A DNA stretch of 64,000 nucleotides, from the NCBI GenBank assembly GCA_964016885.1, contig OZ024745.1, forward strand, positions 9,362,001 through 9,426,000. Reading direction: 5' to 3'. A model generated the notes under the pieces. It was not told the DNA's origin. It saw only the letters and a program-made list of their open reading frames with translations, and searched no databases. Positions 44,105 through 57,300 of the stretch are shown one piece after another. Numbering within the stretch: the first letter of the stretch is position 1; each line of letters starts with the position of its first letter. Origin of the DNA: Eledone cirrhosa (taxonomy: Eukaryota). The translations under genes were made by a program, and so were the position numbers.

Positions 44105-45030
44105 CATCATCATCATCATCATCATCATCAACGTTTAACGTCCGTATTCCACGCTTGCATGGGTTTGGACGGGGGTTTTCCCACTTGAGGCAAGAGTGAT
44201 TATCTTGCTCGCATAGGACTATCTGGCGGGTTTTCTACAGCTGGATGCCCTTCCTAACACCAACCACATTTACAGTGTGGGGCTGGGAGGTTTTTACTGT
44301 GTTGCCTACACGGCCACATTACAGCGTGAACTGTGTGTTTTTTTGACGTGACACCTACACGATCTCATTTGTTTCGGCCTGGATGTTGTGGCACCAACAT
44401 AACTTTACATTGAAAGGGGCGGTGTGGATGGGGTGGGGGTGGTGGGACGGGGGTGTATTTTGTTAGAGATGCCTATTGACTGTAGTAGGTTTTACTTTGT
44501 ATTTAGGTAAGGCGGGTCTTCTCTATTACTGAGTACCGCCAAAGGTCTTGGTCCAGTGACATTGTCTTGGTGAGTTGTAAGTGTGTGAGGTCGGAATTTA
44601 TCAGCTCGTCTCAGGTTTTTCTGGGTCTGCCTATTCCGTGGCTACCGTCTATCTTTATTGCCCTGCACTTTGTTATACAGTTATCGTCCTTCATGCGCAT
44701 CACGTGACCATACCAACGTAGCCTTCTCTCGAGTAAACAACATCTGATCCCTCTTATTTCTAATTTTTTCCTTAATTCGTTTATGCTTTGCCGTTCACGT
44801 ATATTACTATTACACATCCAGCGGAGCATGCAAGCTTCGTTTCTCTCTAGTCTGCGTATATCCTCTGCACACAATGCCCAGGTCTCACTGCCATGCAACA
44901 TTGCTGTTCGTATGCAGGCATCGTACAACCTGCCTTTCATTTTTAGGGAGAACCCTTTAGCGGCTCATAGTGGTATAAGCTCTCTGAACTTTTTCCATCC
45001 AGTTCTGACTCTAGCTACTGTACTTTCAGA
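44104..45030 (-). mobile_element. RTE LINE 3' fragment of a second subfamily
   Basis: MKGRLYDACIRTAMLHGSETW...RRLRWYGHV...GRPRKT, with a distinct 3' UTR and (GAT)n tail at 44104-44130. Confidence 0.93.
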
Positions 45031-45049
<19 letters not shown>

Positions 45050-45061
<12 letters not shown>

Positions 45062-45621
45062 TGAGGATGTCTGTGAGTTTGAATCCCTAAAACTCGAAGT
45101 ACCCAAACGATTTTTTTCAAACTTTACATGTGTATTACTTGTGTTTCAGGGAGTGTTCTGCACAAAATTCAATTTTTTTATCCCCTAGGTGAAAAACTGC
45201 ATTTTTTTCACCTTTTTAGGGGTTTTTTGAGGCGTTACGTCAGACCGATTTCCTTGAAATTGTAACTATGTATTAGTCAGTCTCTTCTTCATACCGTGAG
45301 CAAAGAAAATCCATTTTTTATGACCTAGGGCCCGCATTAGGTGAAAAACTTAATTTTTTTCAACTTTTAAGGGCTTTTTTGAGGCGTTACGTCTAGCCGA
45401 TTTTCCTGAAATTTCAAGGCATATTATGCACATAAAAGAAAATGCATTAGGTGAAAACCTGCATTTTACCCGCTTCATCGAGGAAAATCTTAAAGATTAT
45501 CCAGCCATCAGTTTATTTTCTTTACATTTTGTCGAGGCATGCAGATTTTCCACGATTAGGTCTGTTGGTGGCCTGCGTTCCAAAATACCTCATCCCGTGC
45601 AACGCCGGCTACCACTGCTAG
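45050..45621 (+). mobile_element. Non-autonomous Helitron
   Basis: 5' atatataaaactgaggatgtctgt; 3' cccgtgcaacgccggctaccactgCTAG|t. Flanked by TA repeats. Confidence 0.88.
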
Positions 45622-45645
45622 TATTATATATAATATATATATATA

Positions 45646-47441
45646 GATTGGTGCAGTAGCATCATTGTCAACTGCTACAAAGGCAAAGGCGACGCACTAG
45701 ATAGAGGAAACTATAGAGGTATAAAGTTGATGGACCAGGTCATGAAAGTAACAGAAAGAGTTATAGCACAGCTGATTAGGGACCGGGTGAATATAGACGA
45801 GATGCAATTTGGGTTTGTACCAGGAAGAGGCACCACTGATGCCCTCTTCCTTGTGAGGTAATTACAGGAAAAGTACCTAGCTAAAAGTAAGCCGCTCTAC
45901 TTGGCATTTGTCGACCTTGAGAAAGCCTTTGACAGAGTTCCACGTGCTGTAATCTGGTGGGCTCTTAGAAAACTAGGAGTAGATGAATGGCTTGTGAAAG
46001 CGGTACAAGCCATGTATAGGGGAGCAGTCAGCAAAGTTAGGATTAACAATGAGTATAGCGAGGAATTTAGCGTACAGGTTGGGGTCCACCAGGGCTCTGT
46101 TCTTAGCCCTCTCCTGTTCATCATAGTCCTGCAGGCAATAACGGAGGAATTTAAGACCGGATGCCCATGGGAACTCCTGTATGCTGATGACCTCGCACTC
46201 ATAGCTGAATCTATGATAGAACTAGAGAATAAATTCCAAACCTGGAAGCAGGGACTAGAGAGAAAGGGTCTCAAAGTCAACATGACAAAGACTAAGGTCC
46301 TTGTAAGTAGACGAGAAAACAGAACCCAGATCCCCTCAGGGAAATGGCCTTGCTCAGTATGTAGGAAAGGTGTAGGTAGGAACTCCATTCTCTGCCCCAA
46401 ATGCAAACAATGGGTACACAAGAGATGTAGCGGGATCTCAGGAAGCTTAATTAAGAATGTAGGATTCACATGCAGCAGCTGTGCTGAAACAGCAAGCAGC
46501 AAACAGTCACAGGAAACAAGTACCACCAATCTCTGGGAGGGCCCTGTAGAAACAGTAGACAGCTTCTGCTACCTAGGTGACCGAATTAGCAACGGAGGTG
46601 GGTGTTCAGAAAGTACAATAACTAGGGTAAGAACGGGATGGAAGAAGTTTAGGTAACTACTACCACTGCTAGCTGCAAAAGGCTTCTCCCTAAGAATGAA
46701 AGGCAGACTGTATGATGCGTGTATCCAAACAGCGATGTTGCATGGTAGTGAGACCTGGGCGCTGAAGGTGGAAGACTTGCGTAGATTAGAGAGAAACGAA
46801 GCCTGCATGCTCCGATGGATGTGTAACAGTAATATACGTGAACGACAAAGCATAAAGGAATTGAGAGAGAGACTGAGCATAAGAGGAATCAAATGCTGTG
46901 TGCAGGAGAGGCGGTTGCGCTGGTATGGACATGTGATGCGTATGAAGGATGACAGCTGCATAAAAAGGTGCAGAGCACTAGAAGTTGATGGAAACCGCGG
47001 AGTGGGGAGACCCAAGATGACCTGGGATGAGGTGATAAAAGCCGACCTTACCCAATTACACCTGTCAAAGACAATGACACACGACCGTGACTTCTGGCGT
47101 CACGCAGTAATACAGAGTACCCGACCTCCCATGGGTACATGCTGAAGCATATAAACAATATGCCCCCACACCCCCCACCGCAAGGTGGTCGTGGAGGTGC
47201 CACGGCAAAAAAGCACCCAGCCCACACTGTAAAGTGGACGTGTAGGCGCCACGAAAATGCACCCAGCACTCACTGTAAATGAGGTTGGTGTTAGGAAGGG
47301 CATCCAGCTGTAGAAATCAAGCCAGATCAGTTCCTGTATGAGCAAGGCATGGTCAGCCGACCAGACACTGCACACAACAGGACAACCCGTCTAACCCATG
47401 CTAGCGTGGAAGAACGGACGTAAAACGGTGATGATGATGAT
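45646..47441 (+). mobile_element. RTE LINE, 5'-truncated, highly similar to 31931-34617
   Basis: RT motifs, intact PHD-like finger, in-frame TAA at 46654-46656, same 3' UTR and (GAT)n tail. Confidence 0.97.
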
Positions 47442-47444
47442 ATA

Positions 47445-47964
47445 TCAAGTAAGAATATTTTCGAAACAGCGAGTTGATTTGAAATTATTAGAAATGTAAG
47501 CTATCGCCGTATTTTGACTAAAGAAATTAAAGAAATTATTTAGCCTGATAGTGGGGTTAAGAACCCTCGGAGAAATGGAAAAAGATGAGTATTGACGTAC
47601 GTGGGAGACGAACCCACATCTTTGGTTATCCGGACCACTGTGCTACCTGGGCTAAATAATTTCTTTAGTCAAAATACGGCGACAGCTAACATTTCTAATA
47701 ATTTCAAATCAACTTGTTGTTTCGAAAATATTCTTACTTGACATTACAGTCACTAAGTTTATTGCTTCTAATTTGAATGGAAAAAGACGGGTGATGTGTT
47801 GGTGTAAATGGTAGCACAGTGGTCCGAATAACTAAAGATGTGGGTTCGACTCCCATGTACGTCAATACTCATCTTTTTCCATTTCTCCGAGGGTTCTTAA
47901 CCCCACTATCAGGCTAAATAATTTCTTTAGTCAAAATACGGCGATAGCTAACATTTTTAATAAT
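47445..47964. mobile_element. Small tRNA-containing repeat in inverted + partial-tandem arrangement
   Basis: 47445-47647 is the reverse complement of sequence within 47650-47964. 47650-47702 is directly repeated at 47912-47963 (262-bp period). Confidence 0.8.
47793..47864 (+). tRNA. tRNA-like cloverleaf (pseudo-tRNA / SINE head)
   Basis: Acceptor GATGTGT/GTACGTC, D stem GTGT/GCAC, anticodon loop CCGAATA (C at position 33; the inverted copy has CCGGATA), T arm GTGGG-TTCGACT-CCCAT. Confidence 0.6.
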
Positions 47965-48034
47965 ATATATTACATACTGGGTAATTGCTGGCTTTGTGCC
48001 TAAAGTAGAAACAATGCATATATTATATATAATA

Positions 48035-49265
48035 CTAGCAGTGTATCCTGGCATTGCATGGGTAAGAACATTGGTAATAGCACCTCCAATGAGAGACGTT
48101 TATTTGTGAGTGCTTGTTAAAAACTCACGAAAATATACCGACAGGAAACTTGTTTTATTTGAAAGTACAGTTTAGTTGAAAGTACAGTTTAACTGTCTAC
48201 GTGCATTGTTCATAGAAATATTGTTGAGCCCCTTATTTTCATACTCCCTCTGTGACAGTTGTCCCCTGGCGTTTCCACTCTGTTTTGGCCTATTGGAGTA
48301 AATGTGAAAGAGAAAGTCAGAGGTTAACTTGGCAGAAGATTCCAGTGTCATAGCAGTAAGGTGTAGGCTACTTACCTCAAAAGTTCATTCGCACTCTTTC
48401 CACTAAGTTACTTTTTGTCTCTATCCCTCTCGGTGCAGTCCCTTGCGAATTTTCCGCGTAGGCCTGGTGTACATTTGCACCCGATCCATCTGCCAGATGC
48501 ACATGTCCGCTTTGTACGGCTTTTGGAGGAAGGAATGACCAGCAGTACGTTGTTCGGTATTATTACAAAAAGGTGTAGCAGAGAATCCTGCGTGAACTAA
48601 CAGCTTGGGAGGAAACTGCTTACCTCGAAGATTCATTCCATCGTTCTTGTCTACGCTCCGTTTAGTTGGTATTTGTTGGTCTACAGTTAGATGAATGGCG
48701 CAAAAAGGGTTAATGTTTATTGGCAAGAAGTTTTTTGATTAATAAAAGACGGGTTAAAGCGACCTACAATGTATCATTCTGCATTGAAGTTAGCGGTTTT
48801 CGTTATTGTCAATGCGTTTTTTGGACTGCAAATTCGAGACCCTTCTGTTTCTCCCTCAATAAACTGACTACTATGAAATGCAGAACGCAAAGGTGAACGT
48901 TCAGTGGTAATGGGAGTCCTATGTAGCAGCAGTAACATTGACATTGCTTATGTGTAATTTCACCCTTAACGGGATCTTCTGAAACTAAAAAAATCAAGCT
49001 GTAAACACAGAAGTAAATATTTTGAAAAATGTTGCAACCGAAGGAAAACAGGAAGACGATACTTTGGTTTCTGAAGACGTTCCCTGGCAATGAACGGAAA
49101 ATAGCGAAGAAAATACGCCATCAGTGAGAACAATGTTTGTCATAATGTCGTAATGCAGACAGCCAGACATACAGACAGATATTATAAGGGCGCGACGTTA
49201 TAGCTATGTATCTATCTAAAAAGACAGACTAAGAAAGACAGAGATCGATAACCGGTGCCTAACAC
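48035..49265 (-). mobile_element. Helitron-derived element with ~1.1 kb of unidentified internal sequence
   Basis: Minus-strand 3' end acccatgcaatgccaggatacactgCTAG|t. 49150-49265 matches 37740-37858 of the non-autonomous Helitron. Confidence 0.72.
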
Positions 49266-49324
49266 TCCTTTAACAACAGAAGATTGAAAAATAAAAGCTA
49301 CAGTTAATATCTTTAGACCGCAAT

Positions 49325-51134
49325 CTTGAGAGGTGCAGTTGGGTTAGGTCGGCTTTTATCACCTCATCCCAGGTCTTCTTGGTTCTTCCCACTCCGCGGC
49401 TTCCATCGACTTCTAGTGCTCTGCACCTTTTTATGCAGCTGTCATGCTTCATACGCATCACATGTCCATTCCAACGCAACTGCCTCTCCTGCACACAGCA
49501 TTTAATTCCTCTATGCTCAGTCTCTCTCAGTTCGTTTATGCTTTGCCGTTCACATATATTACTATTACCCATCCATCGGAGCATGCAAGCTTTGTTTCTT
49601 TCTAATCTACGCAAGTCTTCTACAGACAGCGCCCAGGTCTCACTACCATGTAACATTGCTGTTCGTATACACAAATCATACAGTCTGCCTTTCATTTTGA
49701 GGGAAAAGCCTTTTGCAGCTAGCAGTGGCAGTAGCTCCCTGAACTTCTTCCATCCCGTTCTTACCCTAGTTATTGTACTTTCTGAACACCTACCTCTGCT
49801 GCTAATTTGGTCACCTAGGTAGCAGAAGCTGTCTACTGTTTCTACAGAACCCTCCCAGAGTTTGGTGGTGCTCGTTTCCTGTGGCCGTTTGCTGCTTGCT
49901 GTCCCAGCAGAGCTGCGTCATATGAAGCCTACATTCTTAGTTAAGCTTCCTGAGATCCCGTTACATCTCTTGTGTACCCATTGTTTGCATTTGGGGCAGA
50001 GGATGGAGTTCCTACCTACACCTTTCCTACATACTGAGCAAGGCCATTTCCCTGAGGGTATCTGGGTTTTGTTTTCTCGTCTACTTACAAGAACCTTAGT
50101 CTTTGTCAGGTTGACTTTGAGACCCTTTCTTTCTAGTCCCTGCTTCCATGTTTGGAATTTCTTCTCTAGTTCCATGATAGATTCAGCTATAAGTGCAAAG
50201 ATCATCCACATATAGGAGTTCCCATGGACATCCGGTCTTAAACTCCTCCGTTATTGCCTGCAGGACTATGATGAGCAGGAGAGGGCTAAGAACAGAGGCC
50301 TGGTGGACACCGACCTGTATGCTAAATTCCTCGCTATAGTCATTGCTAACCCTAACTTTGCTGACTGCTCCCCTATACATGGTCTTGTACAGCTTTCATA
50401 AGCCATTCATTTACTCCTAATTGTCTAAGAGCCCACCAGATTATAGCACGTGGGACTCTGTCGAAGGCTTTTTCCAGATCGATGAATGCCAGGTAGAGCG
50501 GCTTACTTTTAGCTAGGTACTTTTCCTGTAACTGCCTCACAAGGAAAAGGGCATCAGTGGTGCCTTTTCCTGGTACAAACCCAAATTGCATCTCATCTAG
50601 TTTCACCCGGTCCCTAATCAACTGTGCTATAACTCTTTCGATTACTTTCATGACCTGGTCCATCAGCTTTATACCTCTATAGTTTCCTCTATCTAGTGCA
50701 TCACCTTTACCTTTGTAGCAGTTGACAATGATGCTGCTGCACCAATCCTTTGGTATGATACCCTCTAGTATTACCTGGTTAACAATTTGCGTGGTTATGG
50801 TGTGACCTACTGACCCAGATGCCTTCAGCATCTCGGCAGCTATACCCGATGGACCGGTTGCCTTCCCAGTCTTCATATCTTTGATTGTCTTACTTACTAT
50901 GCTGTTGCTGATTTGTACTGCTGGCCCCTCTATAGGGTCTACTTGGGGTAGGGTCTATTTTTCCCATGCATTCTCCTCATTTAGTAATCTTTCATAATGG
51001 CTCTTCCACGCAGCTTTCTTCTCGGCACTTGTGAGGGCAAGCTTGCCTTTATCATTCCGGGGATACACTTCTCTCCAATGACATCACAATTCTCTCTGAC
51101 ACACTGCCTCGCAATCTTGAACACCTCCTGTTTC
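49325..51134 (-). mobile_element. RTE LINE internal fragment lacking its 5' part and 3' UTR
   Basis: Same RT and PHD-like motifs on the minus strand, with several frameshifts. Confidence 0.96.
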
Positions 51135-54100
51135 TATATATATATATAATCATAAAAGGTAACTAAAAGTATTGGTATCAAGAAGGACATTCGGCTGTAA
51201 AACATTGTTCCAAAATAACCTGTTAAACCCATGCCAGCTAGGAAAAGTGGACATAAATGATTAAAATCATATATATAAACATTATCATTAATTTAAATGG
51301 GTTCGGCAGGTTGTTATGGAAGAATTCAGTACTTAATTAGAGCTACAATCCTCCTAGATGAGTTAGCTGTCCACGATTTGCCCAAAATGTTCCATTTTTC
51401 ACATGGTTTCTATGGCTGAAGGCCCTTCCCTATACCAATCACTTGACAAAGTGCATTTATCATAGCACCAACTCTCAAGAGAATATCAGGTCCATCATGT
51501 AACTGTATAGGTCTCTCTGCACAATGGCCTAGTTTCTACTGCCTTTCTTAAATTCCAACATCTACAGAGTGCACTGGGTGCATTATTTCATGGCACAATG
51601 GAGGTTGCCCTGTCTCTGGCATCACTGAATTGTCTTCTTGACCTTTTGTATGGCAGGTTTTCTATGACTCGATGCCCTTCCTATCACCAACCACTTTACA
51701 GAGGTACTGGGTTATCATTTGTCATATAGAACGATGATGATGATGATGATCATAATAAGTACTAGATTTCTGTTAGATTTCTAAATGCAGCATGAATTCC
51801 TAATTAGAATCACTTTACCCTGTGTATGTTAGTAATGTTCTTTGAGAAGCATTAAATGTCACTATTTCCGGTTTCCATCTTCTCTAAAATTCTTGTGCCT
51901 ATATAAGAAATTTTTGCTGTAGTTCTTGGAATTTTTGTTTCATCATCACTATCATTGCTACTAACTCTTTACCACTTGCAGACAGAAATATTATTTATTA
52001 ATTTTTTTTTTTTTTTTAAATCTCAGTAATGTGTACATTGCCAAAACATTGGAATGTATAGTGTGGTTTTGTAAATGTTAGTTCAAACTTGTATGATATG
52101 AAACCTTAGCCTCATTAGCAAAATTGGATATGTATGTTCCCTTTCACAGAAATCATGTTAAGTTGTGTAATAATATACAGCAATGTGACATGGGTCTGCT
52201 GGTAGAAACATACAAATTGTTTGAGGAACATTGGATGACTATTATATTTTGTAAATATGTAATATAAATCTGAATATTAAACTAGGAGTCTAGTATTACT
52301 TATTACTGAAAACTGGTCTATGTAATACTGTTTTAAGAGTAGCTGGTTATAATTTAAGTGAAGATTTGTTAAATCATAATTGATAGTTAAGCAGAGGCAA
52401 AAGGAATAAAGCTGTCTTAATTGCTTCGAGAGAAACCAAATTAATAAGCATAGGATAAGCTGCCAATATGTCTAGCATTTGTCATAAAGAAATGAATGTA
52501 AAAATGTAGATGTTTATGATTGTGTACTACTATAGTATTACACACCTACACATGTTGAAGTTGAACATCACCTGTATTAATCTTACAAGTCTGTGAGAGC
52601 TTGCAAAGGTCAGGGCCACTATCACTTCTTCACTGACTACAACAATGAACGAGCATTTTAAGGTCATCTACTCTGATAAAGCTGGGGTTAGCCATGTAGG
52701 CTGACTAACTAAAATAACAAAATGATATTTATTGATTATGCTAGATCCAGGATAAACTTGTTCTTGGTAGAACTTAACAAGTTTTAATCTGTAAAAGGGA
52801 AAGAAAAAAATTATTTTAAATTGTTATTTGTGATACCAATCTGGCTTTATACATGTCAAAATATTACAGTTCTAGTACCAACCACTCCTCTGTTATTCAT
52901 GATGTATATCTAAATTCTAGACTAAATATCTCTTGACTGACTAATAATATAGAGGTACAGTAGCTGTTGTAAATTAACTTTTAATGTCCTGTACCACACA
53001 AAACTGCACATGCAAGGTATTCTTGAAAAGTATAAAACGACATCATGACAGTATCACATTAAGTCTTCAATTTCCTGCATATTTTCACAAAGATCTCTTA
53101 AAGACTTTTCAAAGATTTGAATTAACAAATCCATTTATAAGTATTTTCTACCGAATCATTACAGAATGTTAGAGTTAAGGCGTAAGATTTTAAGCTCAAA
53201 CCTTATTACTTGAACCCTTGTATGAGGCTCCTGAGCAAAATAGACAATTCTGCTTGCTCTATGTTTTATTCCTATTCCTATTTCACAATTGAGTGGGTAT
53301 GAATAGAAAGAGCAGTGAAGGTCATGAGTTCGATTCCTGGACTGAACAGTGCATTGTGTCCTTGAGCAAGATGTTTTATTTCATATTGCAGCTGTCCACC
53401 CTGCTCGCAAAAATGAGTGGTACCTGTAATTCAAGAGCTTGCCTTATCACATATTGTTTCAGAACTACTTTAAGGGTGTACATGTCTGTGGAATGCTCAA
53501 CCACTTACAGTTCTGTTAATTGAATCAACTGGAGCACCCTTAACGGGAAATGAAAGCCCAACAACAATAATAAGAGCATTCAGTTGTAAAACAATTACTT
53601 TTGTTACTTGGTCTATTAAAAACATCTAATTTCTCTGCGAATCACATCCAATCCTTGCAACAACAAAAAAAGGAGACATTGAATTCTTTATGCACTTTAA
53701 TGAAAAAGAAAAATGCTTTGTCATAGTTGAACAGCCCTGTGTGTGTATATATATATATTTGCACACAATGTTAGGGATATTAATGATGGAGGTAAGAGGT
53801 ATAGTTGAGGGGTGGGGTCAGGTTTAGTTATGGTAGTCATAGAAGATTAATAGAGGATGTGTGTAAAACTGCAGCATAAAATTGAAATTAGTTGTGGTTT
53901 ACTTAAAAAAAACTACATCAAGGGTTTATGAATTTGTTGTCACCCATGTAATGTACCAGGCTGCATATTTTTTTGTGTAAAGAAATAGTTAAAGTTTGTT
54001 TTGAGCTGAAGGCTCATGAGACTGGTACTTATCCCCAGTTTCCTTGGTATTAAGCAACTGAGAATACATGACTCTGCCAGGACAGGATGCTGGTCTATTG

Positions 54101-54302
54101 CAGGGTTAACTCACCAGCTACTGCTTGTACTCACTTTCAGCTGAGTGTACTGAAGCAACATGAAATACAGTGTTTTGCTCAAGAACACAACACGGCACAC
54201 TATCTAGGAAACAAATCAACGTAGTTCCTACCTAAAAAGAGGAAGTATTTACTTTAAGAAAACATAAGCATCAAAATCTTAATAATATCATGTAGTCCTC
54301 TT

Positions 54303-57300
54303 ATAATATCACCAGCTCTCATATCATAATATCACCAGCTCTCATGTCATAATATTACTAGCTCCCATGTCATAATATCACCAGCTCTCATGTCATAATA
54401 TTACCAGCTCTCATGTCATATCACCAACTCCCATGTCATATCACCAGCTCCCAAGTCATAATATCACCAGCTCCCATGTCATAATATCACCAGCTCCCAT
54501 GTCATAATATTACCAGCTCCCATGTCATAATATTACCAGCTCCCATGTCATATCACCAGCCCTCATGTCATACCAGCTCCCATGTCATAATATCACCAGA
54601 TCCAATGTCATAATATCACCAGCTCCCATGTCATATCACCACCAGCTCCCATGTCATATCACCACCAGCTCCCATGTCATATCACCAGCTCTCATGTCAT
54701 ATTACCAGCTCTCATGTCATATCACCAGCTCCCATGTCATAATATTAGCAGCTCTCATGTCATATCACCAGTCCTCATGTCATAATATCACCAGTCCTCA
54801 TGTCATATCATGTAGTGCTCATGTCATATCACCAGCTCTCATGTCATAATATCACCAGCCTTCATGTCATATCACCAGCTCTCATGTCATAATATCACCA
54901 GCTCCCGTGTCATATCACCAGCTCCCATGTCATATTACCAGCTCTCATGTCATATCACCAGCTCTCATCTCATAATATCACCAGCTCCCATGTCATATCA
55001 CCAGCTCTCATGTCATAATATCACCAGCTCTCATGTCGTATTACCAGCTCTCATGTCATATCACCAGCTCTCATGTCATAATATCACCAGCTCCCACATC
55101 ATATCACCAGCCCCCGTGTCATAATATTACCAGTCCTCACGTCATAATATCACTAGCTGTCATGTCATATCACCAGTTCCCATGTCATAATATCACCAAC
55201 TCCCATGTCATAATATCACCAGCTCCCATGTCATGATATCACCAGTCCTCATGTTATAACATCACTAGCTATCATGTCATAATATTACCAGTCCTCATGT
55301 CATAATATCACCAGCTGTCATGTCATATCACCAGCCCTCATGTCATATCACCAGCTCCCATGTCATAATATCACTAGCTATCATGTCATAATATTACCAG
55401 TCCTCATGTCATAATATCACTAGCTGTCATGTCATAATATCACCAGCTCCCATGTCATAATAGCACCAGCTCTCATGTCATAATATTACCAGCTCTCATG
55501 TCATATCACCAGCTCTCATGTCATATCACCAGCTCCCATGACATAATATCACCAGCTTCCATGTCATAATATCACCAGTCCTCGTGTCATAATATCACCA
55601 GCCCTCGTGTCATAATATCACTAGCTGTCATGTCACATTACCTGCTCCCATGTCATATCATCAGCTCTCATGTCATAATATTACCAGCTGTCATGTCATA
55701 TCTCCAGCTGTCATGTCATATCACCAGCTGCCATGTCATAATATCACCAGGTCCCATGTCATAATATCACCAGCTCCCATGTCATAATATCACCAGCTCC
55801 CATGTCATAATATCACCAGCTCCCATGTCATAATATCACCAGTCCTCGTGTCATAATATCACTAGCTGTCATGTTATATCACCAGCCCTCATGTCATATC
55901 ACCAGCTCTCTTGTCATATCACCAGCTCTCTTGTCATATCACCAGCTCTCTTGTCATATCACCAGCACTCATGTCATAATATTAACAGCTCCATGTCATA
56001 TCACCAGCCCTCATGTCATATCACCAGCTGCCATGTCATATCACCAGCTCCCATGTCGTATTACCAGCTCTCATGTCATAATATCACCAGCTCCCATGTT
56101 ACCAGCTCCCACTTCATAATATCACCAGCTCCCATGTCATAATATCACCAGCTCCCACGTCATAATATCACCAGCTCCCATGTCATAACATCACCAGGTC
56201 CCATGTCAGAACATCACCAACTCCCATGACATAACATCACCAGCTCTCATGTCATAATATCACCAGCTCCCATGTCATATCACCAGCTCCCATGTCATAA
56301 TATCACCAGCTCTCATGTCATATCAACAGCCCTCATGTCATATCACCAGCTCTCGTCATAATATCACCAACTCCCCTGTCATGATATCACTAGTCCTCAT
56401 GTCATAACATCACTAGCTATCATGTCATAATATTACCAGTCCTCATGTCATAATATCACTAGCTGTCATGTCATATCACCAGCTCCCATGTCATCATGTC
56501 ATAATATTACCAGTCCTCGTGTCATTATATTATCCTCATGCCATTATATTATCCTCATGTCATAATATTACCAGTCCTTATGTCATAATATCATAATATC
56601 ACCAGTCCTTATGTTATAACATCACTAGCTATCATGTCATAATATTACCAGTCCTCATGTCATAATATCACCAGCTGTCATGTCATATCACCAGCCCTCA
56701 TGTCATATCACCAGCTCCCATGCCATATTACCAGCTCCCATGCCATATTACCAGCTCCCATGCCATATTATCACCAGCTCCCATGCCATGATATTACCAG
56801 TCCCCAAGTCATAATATCACTAGCTCCCGTGTCATAATATCACCAGCTCTCATGTCATAATATTTCCAGCTCTCATGTCATATCACCAGCTCCCATGTCA
56901 TAATATCACCAGCTCCCATGTCATAATATCACCAGCTCCCATGTCATATCACCAGCTCTCATGTCATATCACCAGCTCTCATGTCATATCACCAGCTCCC
57001 ATGTCATAATATCACCAGTCCCCGTGTCATAATATTACCTGCTCCCATGTCATATCATCAACTCTCATGTCATATCGCCAGCTCTCATGTCATATCACCA
57101 GCTCCCATGACATACTATCACCGGCTCCCATGTCATAATATCACCAGTCCTTGTGCCATAATATCACCAGTCCTTGTGTCATAATATCACTAGCTGTCAT
57201 GTCACATTACCTGCTCCCATGTCATATCATCAACTCCCATGTCATAATATTACCAGCTCCCATGTCACATCACCAGCTCCCATGTCATAATATCACCAGC

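Noticed and set aside
47793-47864. Functional tRNA-Phe(GAA) gene
   Set aside because: It has C instead of U33, a mismatched anticodon stem, several G-U pairs, a different anticodon in the inverted copy, and it is embedded in a repeat unit.
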